Shown here in pieces: positions 37,894 through 46,743 of a stretch of DNA of 64,000 nucleotides (within the stretch, counting starts at the first letter, position 1; each line of letters opens with the position of its first letter). Origin of the DNA: an uncultured Planctomycetaceae bacterium (lineage in GTDB: Bacteria; Planctomycetota; Phycisphaerae; SM23-33); NCBI GenBank assembly GCA_964607575.1, contig CAZSLS010000002.1:25304-89303 (forward strand), written 5' to 3'. The notes under the pieces are model-generated. The model was not told the origin of the DNA, searched no databases, and saw only the letters and a program-made list of their open reading frames with translations. The translations under genes were made by a program, and so were the position numbers.

Positions 37894-38874
37894 TTGGGTG
37901 TACTGGGCGGTGAGGCGGTGGACTTCCTGCCGCGCACGCCGATACTCATGCAGTTTGCGGCTGAGTATATCGGCTCGAACTACGCGCAGTTCGCCTCGGA
38001 CTTCCGCGTCCTGGTCCGGGCCAACGAGCAGTGCGCCGTCGATTTCGGTATCGACCAGCTCAGCACCATCTCCGATCCGTATCGAGAGACGCAGGGGTTC
38101 GGCTCGGAAATAACCTACCGCACCGACGCAACCCCGCTCAGCACGCACCCGCTGGCTGAGACCAAGGACCTATCGACTCTGGCCCGCCCTGATCCGCTGG
38201 TTTCCGAGCGAATGAAAGACCGTGTCGATGCGGTCGCGGCGTACAAGGAGCAGTTCGGCGGTCGTTACTCGATTCTCGGCTGGGTCGAGGGACCTGCCGC
38301 CGAAGCTGCCGACCTGCGCGACGTGGCGGCGTTCATGATCGACACCGTCACCGACGAACCGTTCGCTTGCGATCTGATGGACCTCTGCCTGGAAAACGCC
38401 ATCGAATTCGCCGAAGCGCAAATCCGCACCGGGGCCGACACCATCGGCGTCGGCGATGCGGTGGCGTCCCTGGTCTCGCCGCAGACATACGAATCGCTGA
38501 TCCTGCCCAGAGAAAAACGCCTCGTCGACGCCATCCAAGCCGCCGGAGCGTACGTAAAACTGCACATCTGCGGAAATATCACGCACTTGCTGGACGGTAT
38601 CGCGGAGCTGGGGGTGGACATTCTGGACATCGACCACATGGTCGATATTTCGACGGTGCGCCGGAAGGTCGGACCGGGAGTGGTGATCGGGGGTAATATA
38701 GACCCCGCCGAAGGCGTCTACCGCGGAACATCTGAATCGATCAGGGAAATAACCATGCACGCGTATCAACAGGCGGGCAATCCATTTATGGTTAATGCCG
38801 GCTGCGAAATCCCTTCGGGGACTCCGCCGGAGAATCTCAAGGCGCTGTGCGAACCGATCGAGCAGCTCTCTTAG
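37894..38874 (+). CDS. Uroporphyrinogen-decarboxylase (URO-D) family protein (MtaA/CmuA-like methyltransferase type); start codon uncertain
   Basis: …LGGEAVDFLPRTPILMQFAAEYIGSNY… matches the URO-D-family N-terminal 'GE.vDR.PvW.MRQAGRY' region and the fold continues to the end. An in-frame TAG at 37852 leaves only TTG (37894) or non-canonical codons as starts. Confidence 0.6.
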   Translation: MGVLGGEAVDFLPRTPILMQFAAEYIGSNYAQFASDFRVLVRANEQCAVDFGIDQLSTISDPYRETQGFGSEITYRTDATPLSTHPLAETKDLSTLARPDPLVSERMKDRVDAVAAYKEQFGGRYSILGWVEGPAAEAADLRDVAAFMIDTVTDEPFACDLMDLCLENAIEFAEAQIRTGADTIGVGDAVASLVSPQTYESLILPREKRLVDAIQAAGAYVKLHICGNITHLLDGIAELGVDILDIDHMVDISTVRRKVGPGVVIGGNIDPAEGVYRGTSESIREITMHAYQQAGNPFMVNAGCEIPSGTPPENLKALCEPIEQLS

Positions 38875-39082
38875 TCCAAACTGACCACCCGTTCGGTATT
38901 TATGTTCGACTTATAATCAACTTAGAGCAATTCATGGTCGATACTTACCTTTAGATTCATCGCTTGCCAGGCCCGGAGCGATCGGCAGCGGCGCAAGAAA
39001 ACTCTTGCTTCGGGCATCAGACCGCCGGATACTCACTGGAGTACTCAGCGCGGGAAGGACCAACCGTAACCGGAAGCTCAAC

Positions 39083-40027
39083 ATGACCAGAAAACTAGTA
39101 ATATTCATAGTGTTATTGTCCGCCGCCTTGCTCGGAAGGGCTGCGGACGTACCGAAAAAACAAGTATCCCAATTCAAATCCATCGCAAGAGCCAGCGAGG
39201 ACATTACCGTATCCTCCACCATGCCGGTTCGGGTCTCGAAAGTCTTTGTCAAAGATGGAGACACCGTAAAGCCCGGACAAACACTGGTGCAACTCGACGA
39301 CAAGGCCGAACGCGTTCAGATGGAACAACTGAAAGCACAGGCCGAAGACGAAACGCACCTGGAGGCCGCGGAAGCACAACTCGCCCAGAAGAAAGTCGAT
39401 TACAAACGAATCCAAAATGCCCGGGCCAAGAACGCCGCAACCGCACTGGAACTGGAGCACGCGCGCCTGGAGGTCACGATCTCAGATCTGTCCCTGACGC
39501 TGGCGCGGTTCGAACACACCCAGGACAAACGGAAGTACCTGCAGGCCGAGGCCCAGGTCGATCGATTGAGACTGCGCGTACCTACTTCCGAAAACGATTT
39601 GCCCGGGGACACGTTCAAGGTCTTCAAAGTCTTCGTTTCTCGCGGCGAGTCCGTCGATCGCCTGAAGGAAGTTATCCGGGTCATCAAGATCGATCCGCTC
39701 TGGATCGACGTCCCGGTCCCCGAAGAGATCGTCGGTGCACTGAAACTCAAGGTCGCCCAGAAAGCACGCGTGATCTTCCTCAAGACCAAGACCCTCCCGA
39801 CCGAGGGCAAGATCATCTACATTGCGGATGAGATCGATGCGGCCAGCGGAAAGCAAACGATACGTGTTGAGGTCCCAAATCCCAGCGGAATACCCGCCGG
39901 TAAGAAAGTATTCGTAGAATTTTTACCAAAGGCCCGGTCGACAACCAGACCTGCCGACAAGAAGCAGGCCGCCAATCCCACGGCAGACCGGACAGAAATA
40001 TCGATTAACAGGAAAGGAACGAGTTGA
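39083..40027 (+). CDS. HlyD-family periplasmic adaptor (membrane fusion protein), signal-anchored
   Basis: MTRKLVIFIVLLSAALLGRA is a signal. …VKPGQTLVQLDD… is a biotin-lipoyl hairpin, followed by a long coiled coil (…QMEQLKAQAEDETHLEAAEAQLAQKKVDYKR…) and a beta-barrel-type C-terminus. Confidence 0.75.
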   Translation: MTRKLVIFIVLLSAALLGRAADVPKKQVSQFKSIARASEDITVSSTMPVRVSKVFVKDGDTVKPGQTLVQLDDKAERVQMEQLKAQAEDETHLEAAEAQLAQKKVDYKRIQNARAKNAATALELEHARLEVTISDLSLTLARFEHTQDKRKYLQAEAQVDRLRLRVPTSENDLPGDTFKVFKVFVSRGESVDRLKEVIRVIKIDPLWIDVPVPEEIVGALKLKVAQKARVIFLKTKTLPTEGKIIYIADEIDAASGKQTIRVEVPNPSGIPAGKKVFVEFLPKARSTTRPADKKQAANPTADRTEISINRKGTS

Positions 40028-40398
40028 TGGCCAAAGACACCCCCGAACCGGCACAAGACGCCCCACAGGCGGCGCCTGAAGCAGCACCCGAAGGTCAGGA
40101 ACAGCAGACGATCCGAGTTCGCATGGACCAGCGGGATGTAAAAACCAGCTACGCAAACGCGTTCAACACGCACGGGCTTATCAACGAGGTCATCCTTGAC
40201 TTCGGACTGAACACGCCCGTTCCACCCCAACCCGATCAACCGCCGGAAATCATGCTGCAGATCACCGACCGGATCATCCTGAACTACTACTCCGCCAAAC
40301 GCCTCGCCCTTACGCTCGGGCAGTTGGTCAGGCGACATGAAGAACGATTCGGAGAACTGGAACTGGATGACAGCAAGCGGGTCAAGAGCGACCAGTAG
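40027..40398 (+). CDS. DUF3467-like small protein
   Basis: This is a 123-aa protein. …YANAFNTHGLINEVILDFGLN… matches the DUF3467 core motif. It has a Pro/Ala-rich acidic N-terminus. Its start overlaps the upstream stop (TGATG). Confidence 0.55.
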   Translation: MAKDTPEPAQDAPQAAPEAAPEGQEQQTIRVRMDQRDVKTSYANAFNTHGLINEVILDFGLNTPVPPQPDQPPEIMLQITDRIILNYYSAKRLALTLGQLVRRHEERFGELELDDSKRVKSDQ

Positions 40399-40424
40399 CC
40401 TTCCGAACCGGAGACTCATCCCTG

Positions 40425-42452
40425 ATGCCCCCAGACAACGTGGAAAGCTCCAGACCGCAGCCACAGCCGCATGACGGTCAACTGCCTACATTGGCTGAAC
40501 TCTTCGAACAGCTAAGCCGCTATGACGGCCCGGTGGAGGGTTTTCTTGCGCACCTCGTGCAAACCCAATGCCAGGCCGCCGACGCCAGGGGCGGTGCGAT
40601 ACTGCGAATCTCCCCGGACGGGCGCCCACAGGTTCTGGCGGTATACCCCCCCGCCGAGCCGGGATCAACGCCTCCGGTCTGGTTGGCGCGCGCCGCTGAG
40701 ATCGCGCCGCAGGTAGCGGCGGGAGGCGCCACCGATGTCAGGGCGCTGCACGATCCCGACGATCTCTACGGCCAGCCCGCGCGGAGCCACCTGGCGCTGG
40801 TGCCTTTGACCGGCGGGCAGGGAGCCAGGGGATTGGCTGCGTACGTACTCGAAAAAGGCGACGATGAAGCCGTTTTCGCCGCACGAATCGAACGCCTCGA
40901 GCTTACCATCGTCCTGATGGGGCTCCACGAAATGCGCCTCTCGCTGCAAAGACGAAATAACGATCTTGCGAGGCTCAGGGTCTCCATGGACACCCTGGCA
41001 GCAACTAACGAACACGAGAAGTTCACCGCCTCGGTCATGTCGCTCTGCAACGAAATGGCGTCAACCTGGAAGTGCGAGAGAGTCAGCCTCGGAGTACTGA
41101 AGGGGCGATACGTTCAGGTCAGCGCCGTCAGCGGTACCGAAAAAATCAACCGCAAGATGAAACTGGTCCAGGACATCGAAGCGACTATGGAAGAGGCGCT
41201 GGACCAGGATATCGAAGTGATCCTGCCCGCATCTCCAGAGGCGACCTATGTCAGCCGCGGCGCATCGGAACTCTCCCGCAGGCACGGGCCCTCGGCAATC
41301 GTCTCGCTACCGCTCAGGCGAGAGGGCAAGGGCGTCGGTGTAGTCACGCTGGAGAAGTCCGCCGACAATCCGTTTACCGCCGAACAGATCGAAGCTCTGC
41401 GATTGACCTGCGAACTGGCCACCCCCAGGATTATGGACCTGTTCAAGACCGACCGCTGGTTCGGGGCTAAGGCCGCCCGGACCGTGCGCGGCGGACTGGG
41501 CGTAGTTGTTGGCGCCAAACACACGTGGCTGAAGATGATCGCCATACTCGTATCCGCTTTCCTGGTATTTGCGATCCTGTTCAAGGGAGACTACACCGCC
41601 GGCGGTAGCATGACCCTCCAGGTGAGAACCCAGCACGTTATTCCCGCACCGTTCGAAGGGGTCCTCAAGAGTGTACACGTGGAAGTCAACGAGAGGATCG
41701 TCGGCGAAGGGGCGCCAGGCGTGACGATCCTGGCGGAAATGGACACCGCCGAACTGCGGGAGCGCCTCGCTGCAGCGCAAGCCGAACGCAGCCGGGCGAG
41801 AAATCAGGCGGAGCAGGCCAGGAATGAAGGCAAACAGGTTCAGGTCCAGATTGCAGAGAATGACGTCCAGAAAGCCGACGCCAATATCCGCCTCCTCCAG
41901 CAGCGTATTGCCCTGGCTTCGATCAAGTCGCCCATATCCGGTACGGTCATCAGCGGAGACCTCAAGAGGCATCTTGGGCGGCGCTACGAACTGGGTAAGG
42001 AGCTTTTCCAGATCGCCAAGATCGAGAACATGCGCGCCGAAGTGCTCGTGGGCGAAGACCAGATCGCCGAAGTAATAGAGAAATATGGTCCCAGTTGCAG
42101 GAAACGCAACAAAATCCAACAGGAACTCGACAATCTTGGCAACGAAAATCCCGACAGACGCCGGAAACTCGAAAACCAGATCGCCGAACTCGACAAGGAC
42201 GTAGGAGGCCGCCTAGCCGCGCTGGGGCACGCGGGGAGGCATTTTGATTTTGTAGTCGAACGAATCACACCGGTCGCCAGACCCTCGGAAGGGAAAAACG
42301 TCTTTCCGATTCGCGTCAAACTGCTCCAGACCTCCCAGTGGATGCGACCGGGCATGACCGGCGTGGCGGAGGTAGATATCGATCGCCGCCCGTACGCCTA
42401 CATCTGGACGCGCCGGTTGGTTAACTGGATCCGGATGAAGTTGTGGTTGTAG
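40425..42452 (+). CDS. GAF-GAF-TM-HlyD fusion: cytoplasmic tandem GAF-like sensor domains joined by one TM helix to a periplasmic membrane-fusion (HlyD-family) domain
   Basis: The first ~350 aa carry two GAF-like units (…GGAILRISPDGRPQVLAVYP…LALVPL…GLAAYVLEKG… and …CERVSLGVLKGRYVQVSAVSG…AIVSLPLRREGKGVGVVTLEK…). The TM is HTWLKMIAILVSAFLVFAILF. Then comes …VLKSVHVEVNERIVGEG…, a coiled coil (…ELRERLAAAQAERSRARNQAEQARNEGKQ…) and …IKSPISGTVISGDLK…. Confidence 0.65.
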   Translation: MPPDNVESSRPQPQPHDGQLPTLAELFEQLSRYDGPVEGFLAHLVQTQCQAADARGGAILRISPDGRPQVLAVYPPAEPGSTPPVWLARAAEIAPQVAAGGATDVRALHDPDDLYGQPARSHLALVPLTGGQGARGLAAYVLEKGDDEAVFAARIERLELTIVLMGLHEMRLSLQRRNNDLARLRVSMDTLAATNEHEKFTASVMSLCNEMASTWKCERVSLGVLKGRYVQVSAVSGTEKINRKMKLVQDIEATMEEALDQDIEVILPASPEATYVSRGASELSRRHGPSAIVSLPLRREGKGVGVVTLEKSADNPFTAEQIEALRLTCELATPRIMDLFKTDRWFGAKAARTVRGGLGVVVGAKHTWLKMIAILVSAFLVFAILFKGDYTAGGSMTLQVRTQHVIPAPFEGVLKSVHVEVNERIVGEGAPGVTILAEMDTAELRERLAAAQAERSRARNQAEQARNEGKQVQVQIAENDVQKADANIRLLQQRIALASIKSPISGTVISGDLKRHLGRRYELGKELFQIAKIENMRAEVLVGEDQIAEVIEKYGPSCRKRNKIQQELDNLGNENPDRRRKLENQIAELDKDVGGRLAALGHAGRHFDFVVERITPVARPSEGKNVFPIRVKLLQTSQWMRPGMTGVAEVDIDRRPYAYIWTRRLVNWIRMKLWL

Positions 42453-42464
42453 GAGACGCATATC

Positions 42465-44729
42465 ATGCCAATCGACCGCCCCACATTCAGTGAATCGTGG
42501 TATCGCGTCGCTTCGTTGCGACCGCGCCTGCGGTCGTCGGTCCAGGTATTCCGCCAGCACTTCCGCGGGCAGATGTGGCATGTCCTGCAGGACCCGGGAT
42601 CCAACCAGTTCTTCCGACTGAACGACACGGGCTATCATTTTGTCGGTCTGCTCGACGGGCGGCGAACGGTTGCGGAAGTCTGGAACGTGTGCAACGAACA
42701 ACTCGGCGACGCGGCGCCGACCCAGGGCGAAGCGATCGCACTGCTGGGGCAGTTGTACACCTCCAACCTGCTCCAGGCGGATGTACCACCGGATGCCCAG
42801 GGCCTGTTTCGGCGTTACCGACAGCGAGTGGGACGGGAAGTAAGGGGATACCTCACGAACCTCCTGTTCATCCGGATACCCCTGATCGACCCCGACAGAT
42901 TCCTCGAACGATGGGTTGGTGTATTCGGCGCGATATTCAGCATAGTCGGCTTGATATGCTGGTTGATCCTGATGTCGGTAGGCGCCTACTTCCTGCTCGG
43001 GCGGACCAGCGAACTGGGCAACCAGGCCATGGGCGTCCTGATGACCGCAAACCTGCCCCTGCTGGCGATAAGTTTCTGGATTGTCAAGATCATCCACGAA
43101 TTCGGGCATGGTTTTGCGTGCAAGAAGTTCGGGCTACAGGCCGGCGGAGGTGAGGTCCATACGATGGGCATCATGTTCCTGATCTTCATGCCCCTGCCCT
43201 ACGTCGACGCGTCAAGCGCCTGGGCGTTTCGGAGCAAGTGGCATCGCGTGGCGGTCGGAGGCGCCGGGATGTTCTGCGAACTGGCGATCGCGGCGGTTGC
43301 GGCGATTGTGTGGGCAAGTGTCGGTGAGGGCATGGTCCAGGCGCTGGCGTATAACTGCATGTTCATCGCCTCGGTGACAACGCTTCTGTTCAACGCCAAT
43401 CCGCTGCTGAGGTATGACGGGTACTACATCCTCTCGGATCTGCTGGAGATACCCAACTTCGCCCAGCGGTCCAAAAGCTACCTGTACTACCTGGTCAAGC
43501 GATACATATGGGCCGTACGCAATCCCAGGAACCCCGCAAACACTTCCGGCGAAAAAGCATGGTTCGTATTCTACGGGATCGCCTCGACTATCTACCGCCT
43601 GTTCATCCTGGTCGTGATCCTGATGTTCCTGTCCGACCGCCTTCCGGAGGAACTCAAGTTCATAGCCACCATCGCCGCGGCGGTATCCGGAGCCGTCTGG
43701 TTGTGTACTCCGATATTCAAGTTCCTCAAGTACCTGGCGACCAGCGGCGAACTTTCCCGCGTTCGAGGCCGCGCGGTAACCTCAACGCTGCTGACGGTGA
43801 CAAGCATCATCCTGCTCGTTGGCGTCATACCCTGGCCCGACCGCGTACGCGCCGAAGGTGTTGTCGAACCGCTCGGACTGGTAGTCGTGTACACTCGAAC
43901 CGACGGATACGTTGCAAACTTCCTCCCCTCGGGAACGCCGGTGGGCGCCCGGGACGTGCTCATAAACGCCGTACCGCCTACCGACGACCCGCGGCAGCGA
44001 AACCGGTTCTTCGATAGTCTGAACACTGAACTGACCGCCACACAGCAGATCCTGGAAGCCGAATACGCCAAGATAAAATGGCAGGAAGATTGGGCTCTCG
44101 CCGAAAACGAACACGCAATCGTAGCCTCGAGAATCGAAGAGGCAAAAGCCAAAGCAGAGCAGATCCATCGGGTCAGGAACGATATCAGAAACCTGACGAT
44201 CCGATCGCCGATAAAGGGTGTGTGGATATCCCCCGACGTTGACCGCCTCAAGGGCAATTTCGTGCAAAAGGGTCAGCAAATCGGACTGGTCGCCAACCGG
44301 GAACCCGAAAACCTGGTTGTCCGGGCGGTAGCATCGCAGGAGATCGGGGCGCTTCTTTACGAACTTCACAACAGGAAAAACCACACGATCCCCGTCGAAA
44401 TCCGCATACAAGGACGTCCCGCCCCGGCATTCACGGGCAAGATAATCAAGATCCTCGACTCCGCACAGGACGTCCTGCCCTCCCCGGCGCTGGGATACGC
44501 CGTAGGCGGACCGATTGTCACTCGCTCCGACGACCGCCAGGGCCTGATGGCCGCCGAGGGCTTCTTCGAAATACACGTTACCCCACAGACCGATGATTCC
44601 GGCGACCCGGACGGAGGGGTCCTGCTGCTCCCGGGACAGCGAGTGGTGGTGCGTTTCGACATGCCGTCAAAACCGCTCGTCGCCCAGTGGTGGCGGTCAC
44701 TACTGCAACTGCTTCAGAGAAAACAATAA
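42465..44729 (+). CDS. RRE/PqqD-like N-domain + M50-type (site-2-protease-like) intramembrane zinc metalloprotease + C-terminal HlyD-like domain
   Basis: GGAG sits 10 nt upstream. The N-terminus …VQVFRQHFRGQMWHVLQDPGSNQFFRLNDTGYHFVGLLDGRRTVAEVW… is PqqD/RRE-like. HEFGH lies in a TM helix (…FWIVKIIHEFGHGFACKKFG…). At least five more helices follow. The C-terminus …IRSPIKGVWISPD…KGQQIGLV… is a membrane-fusion beta-barrel/lipoyl region. Confidence 0.7.
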   Translation: MPIDRPTFSESWYRVASLRPRLRSSVQVFRQHFRGQMWHVLQDPGSNQFFRLNDTGYHFVGLLDGRRTVAEVWNVCNEQLGDAAPTQGEAIALLGQLYTSNLLQADVPPDAQGLFRRYRQRVGREVRGYLTNLLFIRIPLIDPDRFLERWVGVFGAIFSIVGLICWLILMSVGAYFLLGRTSELGNQAMGVLMTANLPLLAISFWIVKIIHEFGHGFACKKFGLQAGGGEVHTMGIMFLIFMPLPYVDASSAWAFRSKWHRVAVGGAGMFCELAIAAVAAIVWASVGEGMVQALAYNCMFIASVTTLLFNANPLLRYDGYYILSDLLEIPNFAQRSKSYLYYLVKRYIWAVRNPRNPANTSGEKAWFVFYGIASTIYRLFILVVILMFLSDRLPEELKFIATIAAAVSGAVWLCTPIFKFLKYLATSGELSRVRGRAVTSTLLTVTSIILLVGVIPWPDRVRAEGVVEPLGLVVVYTRTDGYVANFLPSGTPVGARDVLINAVPPTDDPRQRNRFFDSLNTELTATQQILEAEYAKIKWQEDWALAENEHAIVASRIEEAKAKAEQIHRVRNDIRNLTIRSPIKGVWISPDVDRLKGNFVQKGQQIGLVANREPENLVVRAVASQEIGALLYELHNRKNHTIPVEIRIQGRPAPAFTGKIIKILDSAQDVLPSPALGYAVGGPIVTRSDDRQGLMAAEGFFEIHVTPQTDDSGDPDGGVLLLPGQRVVVRFDMPSKPLVAQWWRSLLQLLQRKQ

Positions 44730-44772
44730 CCGGAGTCCGCAATTGAACGAGGTCGCCAGCACAACCTGGCGG

Positions 44773-46743
44773 ATGTTGGCGCAGCGAACGGGCGGTCGAG
44801 AACTGCCTCGCGGACTCGATGCGGCATGGGACGCCGCGGCGGGTATGGCCCAGAAACTCCTTCCGCGAACCGCAAGATTCCTCCGCCAGGCCGACGTGGT
44901 ATTGGGCTACGAGAAGCATTTCGCAATGATGACCGCGGCGAAACTCCGCACCCATGCCGCGGAGTTCCGCGACCTCTTCCGACTGGGACGCAATACATCT
45001 GACGATCTCCTGAAGGCCTTCGCACTCGTCCGCGAGGTCGCCGCCAGGCAGATCGGCCTGAAAGCTTACAGGGTACAGGTCGCCGGGGCACTTGCCCTGT
45101 ACGCAGGATGCATTGTCGAAATGGCCACCGGCGAGGGAAAGACACTCGCCGCAACCATGCCCGCAACCGTTGCCGGATGGTGTGGAAAAGGATGCCACGT
45201 CATCACCGTAAACGACTATCTCGCCAAACGAGACGCCGAGGAAATGGGCCCGATCTACCGCTTCTGCGGACTGAAGGTCAACCATATCGATCAGGAAACA
45301 CCGCCCCCGCAGCGCCGCGAAGCATACCACGCCGACATCACATACTGCACCAACAAGGAAGTCACCGCCGATTACCTGCGAGATCGCCTGGCCATGGGAC
45401 GCTTGAGGGGGCTTTCGTCGGCGTTGCTGGCACGCATCGCCGAGGGCACCCAGAGCGGGACCGATCGAGTAGTACAACGCGGTCTGAACTACGCGATCAT
45501 CGATGAAGCCGACTCGGTGCTGATAGACGAAGGCGTCACGCCGCTGATCATCTCGGGAGAGGCGCCCAATACCGAGCAGGTACAAGCATTTCAGCAGGCG
45601 GCGGGCATCGCCGGGCAAATGCAGGATGGCGTCCACTACCGGGTTAACTTCAAGTATCGCGAGGTCAACCTCACCAAGGACGGAAAAGCCTTCGCAGCCG
45701 AACTGACCGCCGAACTGGGAGGCATATGGGCCGGACAGCGGAGAAGCGAGGAATTGATCGTCCAGGCACTGACGGCACGGGAAATGTTCCTGATCGACAA
45801 GCAGTACGTTATCCAGGAAGACAAGGTCGTGATCGTCGACGACTTCACCGGGCGGCTCATGCCCGACCGCGAATGGCGAGACGGGCTGCACCAGGCGGTA
45901 TCCGCCAAAGAAAACGTCGAAGTACAACCGCCAAAAGACACCTACGCGCGGATGAGTTTCCAGAGATTCTTCAGGATGTATCGACGCCTGTCAGGCATGA
46001 CCGGAACCGCGGTCGAAGCCACTGGAGAATTCTGGCAGTTCTACCACACGCCGGTGGTGGTCGTTCCGACCAACGAACCCTGCATACGCAAGCAACTGCC
46101 CTCCCGCGTCTACGCCTCCCAAACCGCCAAGTGGCACGCCGTCATCGATGAAATCACGCGCGTCCACGAGAAAGGCCAGCCCATTCTCGTCGGCACGCGC
46201 AGCGTCCGCGACAGCGAAAAAATCTCCGCACTGCTCACGGAACTCGAACTGGAACATGAAGTACTCAACGCCGTCAGGCACGCTGAAGAAGCCCAAATCG
46301 TAGCCCAGGCCGGGCAAGGCGGACGAATTACCGTGGCGACCAACATGGCCGGACGCGGTACCGACATCAAACTCGGTCGCGGTGTGGCCGATCTCGGCGG
46401 CTTGTACGTCCTGGCCACCGACCGCCAGGAGTCCGGGCGGATCGACAGACAACTCGCCGGACGGTCCGGACGGATGGGCGACCCGGGCCTGGCGCGCAGA
46501 TTCGTGAGCCTCGAAGACGATCTGCCCAAGCGCTACGCGTTGAAGATGGCGAAATTCCTGCGCAAACGCCACCGCGATGGCGATGAGAGAATCGCCCGAG
46601 ACATCGCCGGACCGCTAACCAGACGCCTCTTCAACCGCGCGCAGCGACGAGCCGAACATACCGCTTTCAAGCAGCGGCGCGCCGTCCTGCGCACCGACCA
46701 CTGGCTCGACGAGTACCTGGGCTTCGCCGGAATCGAGCGATAA
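44773..46743 (+). CDS. SecA-like motor ATPase lacking the C-terminal third (NBD1-PPXD-NBD2 retained; most of HSD and all of HWD/CTL absent)
   Basis: …MATGEGKTLAATMPA… is Walker A. …HVITVNDYLAKRDAEEMGPIYRFCGLKV… is the SecA signature. …ITYCTNKEVTADYLRD… and …AIIDEADSVLIDE… (DEAD) are present. …MTGTAVEATGEFWQFYH…VVVPTNEPCIRKQLPSRVY…GQPILVGTRSV…TVATNMAGRGTDIKLG…LATDRQESGRIDRQLAGRSGRMGDPG… follows. The protein ends about 60 aa after motif VI. An alternative in-frame TTG start lies at 44743. Confidence 0.75.
   Translation: MLAQRTGGRELPRGLDAAWDAAAGMAQKLLPRTARFLRQADVVLGYEKHFAMMTAAKLRTHAAEFRDLFRLGRNTSDDLLKAFALVREVAARQIGLKAYRVQVAGALALYAGCIVEMATGEGKTLAATMPATVAGWCGKGCHVITVNDYLAKRDAEEMGPIYRFCGLKVNHIDQETPPPQRREAYHADITYCTNKEVTADYLRDRLAMGRLRGLSSALLARIAEGTQSGTDRVVQRGLNYAIIDEADSVLIDEGVTPLIISGEAPNTEQVQAFQQAAGIAGQMQDGVHYRVNFKYREVNLTKDGKAFAAELTAELGGIWAGQRRSEELIVQALTAREMFLIDKQYVIQEDKVVIVDDFTGRLMPDREWRDGLHQAVSAKENVEVQPPKDTYARMSFQRFFRMYRRLSGMTGTAVEATGEFWQFYHTPVVVVPTNEPCIRKQLPSRVYASQTAKWHAVIDEITRVHEKGQPILVGTRSVRDSEKISALLTELELEHEVLNAVRHAEEAQIVAQAGQGGRITVATNMAGRGTDIKLGRGVADLGGLYVLATDRQESGRIDRQLAGRSGRMGDPGLARRFVSLEDDLPKRYALKMAKFLRKRHRDGDERIARDIAGPLTRRLFNRAQRRAEHTAFKQRRAVLRTDHWLDEYLGFAGIER

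Noticed and set aside
44743-44772. TTG start (44743) for the SecA-like gene
   Set aside because: It is possible but not preferred. ATG 44773 gives an N-terminus matching the SecA opening helix, and both are in frame. The boundary is uncertain by 10 codons and this is noted in the feature.
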